Assembly (NCBI GenBank): GCA_000388065.2
Contig: KB932201.1
Length of the DNA: 28,252 bases
Source: Fonticula alba ATCC 38817
Lineage: Eukaryota; Protista; Nucleariida
Direction: 5' to 3' (one strand)
This document shows, in pieces, positions 21,999 to 28,252 of the stretch; the first letter of the stretch is position 1, and every line of letters begins with the position of its first letter. Under the pieces are notes generated by a model. The model searched no databases. It saw only the letters and a program-made list of their open reading frames with translations, and had not been told where the DNA came from. The translations under genes were made by a program, and so were the position numbers.

Positions 21999-24900
21999 CT
22001 ACTGAGTGATCTTCTTAAGGGCCAGATTCTTGCGCTGCTGCTGCACGGCCTTCTTACTTTGAGCCGAGCGACGCGCATTGGTAGCCGGAGATGGGGTGGA
22101 GGAGGAGGATGATGATGGCCGGGCTTCGGGGGCAGCTTTATCTGCGGGAGTTCGGTTCGGCCGAACAAGCGTGGGCGCCGGGCGAGCGTCAGGCCGAGAG
22201 CCAGCTCCAGTGGCGCCTGTCGTCCGCCCGCCCTCCGCCCGGGAATCCTGATCCGGGCCATCCCGGGACCGGTCAAACTGCGACAGGTTCTCCTGCACCA
22301 GCTCGTATGTGTCGTCATAGTCATCCTCATAGGTACTCAGAAGCAGGCGTGTACTCTCGATGGCTGCACGGCGGTCGTCGGTCGAAATCATGCCGGATTT
22401 GCTGCTCTGACCTGTGCCACCAGCCTGGCGCAGGACGGTAACGTTGGTTGTGATTTCTGAGACAACAGGAAGGGCAGACAGAGAAGAGCGAGCGCGCGCG
22501 AGAGAGGGGGGGAGAGAGAGAGAGGGGGGGAGGGAGGCCCGCGGGCGAGCAGGCCCACGCGCACGCGCGCGCGGAACGGGGAGACGCGGAGGGAGAGAGG
22601 AGATGGTTAGAGAAGACAGAGGTGCGAGACAGAAAGAGATGAGGAGGATCAGGATGGGGAATAGCCACACGCACCAGGTGCGCCCCAGACCGTCCCACGA
22701 GCCTGATGGATGGATACGGGCCGGGCGGCTGGGCGCAGGATCTCGCGCATTTCCTCAAGGGTAAAGCTGGCCACTGTGTCGCCGAGGGCCGGGAAGTGTG
22801 ACTGCCCTTCCAACAAGCGAGAGCAGAGAAGCTCCACATTCCCCCCGAGCGAGCGCAAGGCCAACAGAAGGAACCCATCGCCAAACTGCCCGGGCAGGAT
22901 GTCCGCCACCATGCCGATGGCCTGGTGCTCATCCTCCTTGACGGGGGACCGCATTAGGTCGAAGAGGGCGCGATCCATGCCAAGAGGCGGGTCAATGTCC
23001 GCGCCATCGGCGACATCCTCGCCGCCGGCCGTGGACCCGGCGCTGGCAAAGGCCTCGAGGATCTGATGCTTTTCCGCCGTGAAAGTCTCGAAGTACCGAG
23101 AAAGGATGTCGGCAAAGAGACCCTCGTCGAAGGCGGCCGAAGACTTGAAGTTAAACAGGGCTGCTGACACACCGATGGCATTGTCGATGCATTCAATAAG
23201 GTCATAACGGGGAGGATACTGGATGTGGCAGGCAATGGGGTGTGGCAGAAGGGGGAAGGGGGCAAAAGACATCAGTAACAGAGGGAAAGAGAGAGAGAGA
23301 GGGGGGGGGGGAGGGAGGGAGGGAGATCAGGCATAAAGTCTGAAATGGAATGGAGCAACGCACCGCGTGATCCTGCTTGGAGACGAGCACCAGGAAGTTG
23401 GTCACCGTCTTCAGCTGCGAGGGGGTGATCGAGCCGGTCTCGGGATGAATGAGGCTATTCAGACGGAGGTGTTAGATAAAGAGAGGCAGAGAGAGAGAGA
23501 GAGAAAGAGAGAAAAAATAAAGAGAGAGAGAGAGATAGAGAGAGGGGTCAAGGGCATGAGAGAACACGCCGCGCTGAGGGATGTCTGAAGGCATACCGTC
23601 GCACGATGAATGCGTCGAGAAGGCCCTCAAAGAGGCTAATCAACCGTGCCTCCAACAGGATGGCCACCTGGTGAATGAGGTCAATTGGCCGCGCCGCGCG
23701 CGTGCCGTCCCCGGCGAAGTCCTCCTCGGTGAAGGACTGCCCTAGCATGTGGAAAAGCTCGGGCAGCAGGCGGAAGTACACCCGAACAAGGGGGCCAGAA
23801 GCCAGGTCCGGCCCCAGCCAGCGAGTCATTAGACGCTCGGCCGACCCGGGCAGCCCGCCAGCCGGCAGGATCGACCCCATGCAATGTAGGAACTGCTCCA
23901 GCGAAGCCAACTCATCATGCAGAGCGCGCAGGGTCCTGAGCAGGTCGCTGGCCATATCTGGCGCGTCGGTCTCCTCGTCGGCCATTTGCTGGCAGAGAAC
24001 CTGCCCAGTACCGGTCAGGCGCTCGATGCGAGCCTCCAGCTGCTGGGACTCGGAGATCATCTGCTGCACCTCGCGGAAGCTTCGACTGTGCGCCAGAGCC
24101 GAGCGCAGGACATCCCCCATTGGCCCGGGAGCATTGGCCGAAAAGGCTCGGCATGCACGCAACACCGCGTCCATGGTGTAGATGTTGGATTGATCCAGGA
24201 GCGACTCGTAATCCTGTGGTAATGGTGTTAGTTGGGCACAAGGTTAACCGAGCAACCAGTGGGCGAGCGAGGGAGGGAGGGAGGGGGAGAAAGAGAAAGA
24301 GAGGCAGCGCAGGATGCAAGGGTACACACGTCGGGAGTCAGATGGCGTGACCCCTCGATGGTGGACGCCGCACGGCAGAATGCCGCAAAGACCAGGCGCT
24401 GGTGCGTCTCGGCCAGCCGGGCCACCGGATCGGGGACTGGCGAGTGCTTGGTGAAGTCCACCAAGAAGGCATCAGCCGAGGAGGGATGCGGCCCCAGCAA
24501 GAGGTAAGCATGCAGGTGAGCAGTCACCGCTGGCGCATATGCAATCGACGACCAGAACTCGGCCCACCGACTGCAAACCACCTCCTGGAGCTGGGACACA
24601 AACAGACGCAGGGCACGCTGGTGGAGATCTACCACCTCCGGGGAGGTGACCGGCTCCATGGGAACCAGGGACATGTGATTCATGGAGAAAGTACCACCGG
24701 CCTCGGCGGCAGCCATGAGATCCAGCTTGGCGCTGGCCTCCGAGGGCAGACGCATGTGGTGCGCAAGCACCGACAGCGAAATGTACGGCGCAAGCAGGGT
24801 ACCGGAGGCCTTTTCCGGGGTCATCTGCTCCAACTGCATGCGATGCAGCTCGCGCGGGGCGGCCTGCTGCGCGGTGGTGGCAGAAGACCCGGCAGATCCA

Positions 24901-25211
24901 CGGGCCCGTCGGGGCCGGGTCGCCGTATCCTCGGGAGGTCCATCGTGAGTGCGGCTGTTTTTTTCCCCCCGTCCCTGGGGCCGGGCGTTTGAATCCTTGG
25001 AGCCCGTAGACTCGCCTGGCTGCTGTGTGGAGGAGGTCGCAGCGGCCTGCACAGCGTCAGGCTTCTTCGGAAGATTGGGCCGAGTGTGCGACGGGCGGGA
25101 CGAGTAGGTGGACCGACTGTGTCTGCTGTGGGTCACATGGCTGCGCGAGGCGGCGTTCGGCCCGGAGGACGCCGGCCCACGGCCTGGACGCCCGGAGTAT
25201 CCGGACGACAT
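21999..25211 (-). CDS. ASCC2: ASCC2/CUE3-like CUE-domain protein (ASC-1 / ribosome quality control trigger complex subunit); 5 exons
   Basis: Model complement(join(21999..22456,22675..23218,23364..23454,23597..24213,24330..25211)); phases match. N-terminal FWSSIAY..HLHAYL and HQRLVFAAFCR; CUE domain VADILPGQFGDGFLLLALRSLGGNVELLCSRLLEG; and the ASCC2-typical YEDDYDDTYE near the C-terminus. Confidence 0.85.
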
Positions 25212-25555
25212 GAGTAGCGTGTGTGCGGGGGTGTGAGGCGCTTCGGGGAGGGGGGAGGGGGAGGGGAGGGGGAAGAGGGGAAAGTAGGAGGAGAGGAGGA
25301 AAGGGGGGGGGGGCGGATGAGAGAAGGGTCGGAAGTGGGAATGGTGTGGGGCACCGGTGCTTCAGAAAACAACCAGGCCAGCCGAAGAGGCCGTATGTCA
25401 AGATGGAGAAGTCCGCCCCGGCCGCTCTCTGGCAAACTGCTGGATCCAGGCTGCCCCCGGGGCCGGCCAAGGGTGGCCGGGTTGCATCACTCGCTGTCTT
25501 GCGCGCAAGCGCGTTGCGCATTGGTGGTCATCCAGATCTGCTGGGGCTCGGTGAC

Positions 25556-25630
25556 GGCCGGGCCGGGCCGGGCCGGGCCGGGCCGGGCCGGGCCGGGCCG
25601 GGCCGGGCCGGGCCGGGCCGGGCCGGGCCG
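25556..25630 (+). repeat. Perfect (GGCCG)15 pentanucleotide repeat, intergenic
   Basis: Directly visible, 100% GC; lies about 350 nt upstream of the ASCC2 start. Confidence 0.95.
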
Positions 25631-26370
25631 GGCGGGCGGGGGGAGGGGGCCAAAAGAGATGTCGGTTCCCGGGTGGCCGGACCCCCCTGGTCGAGGGGCA
25701 CTGCCAGGCTGTCCGGTGGTCCCTGCTTGCGCAAGAAGAAGGCGGCTTCGCGCGCGTGCATCTGTGAAATGTGCACGCGCGCAGCGCGGAGGGGAGTGTC
25801 CAGGCGGACTTTAGCTCCGCATGCTGGTGTACCAGAATCTTTAGGTGCCAATGCACAAGTATCCGACCCGGGAGTGGAGGATCGCGGACACCGGAAAGGA
25901 GCCGCGATGCTGCGGCGCGAGTCAGCGCGTCTTGGCCACAATCGGAGGAACAAGGACAGTCTATTTCAAGCGATGGGGGGTGGCACATCGCGGGCGGGCA
26001 CACCAAACTGAGGGGCCATCGCCTTGGAGGGGAAGGAGGAGGGAGGGGGGAGAGAGACGGGAGAGGAGCGCGACACGCCTCGGTGCGTGTCGGGGCCGGG
26101 TACCGGACTTGGGGGATAATGTACAGGAAGTGGAGGAATGTGGAGGAGGAAGGGGGCGGGGGAGAGGGACACACGGTCGCCGACACATGCGCATGAGGTA
26201 GGAACAAAAAAGGGGGACAGGCGCCGGTCCCACCCCGCAGCGCATGCGGCACCACCGCTCGCAGAGTGGGCCGGCCAGGGCGGGACGGGGCGGGGCTCGA
26301 GGCTAAAGATCGCCGAGCGGAGAGAAGGGCATCGCGGAGGGCGGAGAGGGGGAGGGGGCTGCCAGCCAGC

Positions 26371-26843
26371 CTAGCTGGTGGAGTTGGCGGCCATCGAGCG
26401 AATGACCTTGACGAGGGGTGACAACTCGCGGGTGTCGATCAGCCGGAACTCGATGGCGAAGAGGAGGAAGTGTCCGAGGCAGGCGTCCAAGTGACAGCGC
26501 TCGTTGAGACCGGTCAGCAGCTCCAGGTGGTCGCGGTAGACGTGGGCATAAATCCGCAGCAAGCGGCGGAAGATCCGGCAGACGATATCGAAGAAGTCGG
26601 GGGGGTACTCGGTCTCGAGGCCGATGGGGAAAATGGTGTCGCTGGCCAGCAGGCTCTGGACCCAGCTCAGCAAGCGATCCATGTACTCCGGGGCCGAAAG
26701 GCGGACCGGCTTGGCCGTGGACACATCATCGGCCCACCGGTATTCGTGGCGCTTGCCAGCAGACATTGTGGCACAGGTGCTCGCCGTGCAAATGCCAACC
26801 AGGCTGCCGTAGATGAGGTTCAGTTGGTTGAAGAAGTCGATGG
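26371..26843 (-). CDS. MOB kinase activator family protein (MOB1/MOB3-like), last exon; 5' exons lie in or beyond the 450-N gap
   Basis: IDFFNQLNLIYG, CTASTCATMSAG..EYRWAD..KPVRLSAPEYMD, FRRLLRIYAHVYRDH, EFRLIDTRELSPL; the Cys2His2 zinc ligands are present. Acceptor ctag at 26844 is preceded by a TACTGAC branch site. Confidence 0.9.
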
Positions 26844-26930
26844 CTAGATTTAGGGGGGGAGGGGATGGAGGCACAGTCAGTATCCCCGCCCGGGGCAGGA
26901 CGGAGAGGGAGGGGGGAGAGAGAGGGGGGG

Positions 26931-27380
26931 NNNNNNNNNNNNNNNNNNNNNNNNNNNNNNNNNNNNNNNNNNNNNNNNNNNNNNNNNNNNNNNNNNNNNN
27001 NNNNNNNNNNNNNNNNNNNNNNNNNNNNNNNNNNNNNNNNNNNNNNNNNNNNNNNNNNNNNNNNNNNNNNNNNNNNNNNNNNNNNNNNNNNNNNNNNNNN
27101 NNNNNNNNNNNNNNNNNNNNNNNNNNNNNNNNNNNNNNNNNNNNNNNNNNNNNNNNNNNNNNNNNNNNNNNNNNNNNNNNNNNNNNNNNNNNNNNNNNNN
27201 NNNNNNNNNNNNNNNNNNNNNNNNNNNNNNNNNNNNNNNNNNNNNNNNNNNNNNNNNNNNNNNNNNNNNNNNNNNNNNNNNNNNNNNNNNNNNNNNNNNN
27301 NNNNNNNNNNNNNNNNNNNNNNNNNNNNNNNNNNNNNNNNNNNNNNNNNNNNNNNNNNNNNNNNNNNNNNNNNNNNNNNN
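26931..27380. other. Assembly gap (450 N); other gaps at 11975..12054, 13960..13985 and 19971..20036
   Basis: Runs of N; this gap and the 13960 and 19971 gaps abut G-rich/poly-G tracts. Confidence 0.98.
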
Positions 27381-28252
27381 GGAGAAGGCGCCGCGCACAC
27401 GCGGGGATCGGGCAGGAGAGCAGAGGAGTGGGGAAGACCGCGCCGCCCGGGGGGACTCGGGATGGGGAGAGGAATGGGAAAGGGGGGCTGGGGGGGGGGG
27501 AGGGTGGCCTGGGAAGCGGGTAGGCAGGAGGGAGCAGAAGAGAATGGAGCCACGAATGGAGTTGAAGGGGGGGATGGCGGGGAGGGGATCGGTTGAGGCT
27601 GGGTGCTCTTCCCGGTGGCCGCCGGAGACACCTGACGCCGGCAGCACTTGAGCGGTGGCAATCGGGAAAGAATGGGGCCGGGCGAGGACAAGTCTCCCCC
27701 ACAGCCGACCTTGGCCAGCCCATGCAAGCTGCTCGTGCGCGCATGAGTGAGTGAGAGGGAGAGCGAGAGGGAGAGCGAGAGGGAGAGAACCCAGATCTCC
27801 TCTGTGACGCTTCTGCCTGGAGCTGGAAGGGGATGGCTGCGAACCGGGGAGGGGTGCGCTGCGGTGGAAGGAAGATCCGGACGCAGGGGGTTGCGCGGGG
27901 GGGGCAGCCACATGCGCGGGGGTGCATGCAACCCCCCCCCCCCCCCTGAGCCGAAAAATGGGCACGCGCCCGGGCTCCAGGCCCTGCCAGATGGAGAGCG
28001 GGATCTCTTCCGGGTCGGGGAAGGGCCGGGGGGGGGGGGGATCGGGGCCTTTCAGCGGCGGGGCCACAAATCGGCCTCTAACAGGGCGCCCGGGGGAGGT
28101 GGCCCTTTCGAAGGGGCCACATCCCGCCGGAGAGACCCGGGAAGTTGGGCTCCTCCCCGGGGGGACAGGGGGTAGGAAGTGGTGGTGGATTATTTTTGCC
28201 CCACCCTGCTGTCGCCCGGTCGAGCCCCCTCCCGCCCCCCCCCGGGGGGGGG

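Noticed and set aside
1-28252. tRNA, rRNA, CRISPR arrays, transposases or prokaryotic defence operons
   Set aside because: No T-loop/cloverleaf context, rRNA signature, spaced repeat array or transposase/RT motif was seen; all genes are spliceosomal-intron eukaryotic genes.

Overview
This is eukaryotic, GC-rich, intron-rich genomic DNA with GT-AG spliceosomal introns, fungal-like (T/C)ACTGAC branch sites, many poly-C/poly-G runs and CA/CT microsatellites, and six N-gaps. Composition and gene content suggest a unicellular opisthokont such as Fonticula (inference, not verified). I reconstructed spliced models by hand for nine protein-coding genes: (1) a bacterial-type phosphatidate cytidylyltransferase (+); (2) an RNF220-like RING E3 ligase (-); (3) a TBC1D7-like protein (-), interrupted by two duplicated-flank scaffold artefacts; (4) an orphan 8-Cys protein with a GPI/TM-like tail (-); (5) mitochondrial AIFM1 (-); (6) eIF5B (+); (7) ERG8-type phosphomevalonate kinase (+); (8) an ASCC2/CUE3-like protein (-); (9) a partial MOB-family protein (-). 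I found no rRNA, tRNA, CRISPR, mobile element or prokaryote-style system. The best leads are the animal-like TBC1D7 and RNF220 homologs, the bacterial-type CdsA with introns, the orphan Cys-rich protein, and microsatellite-filled distant-branch-point introns. Family calls rest on remembered motifs; no database searches were run.
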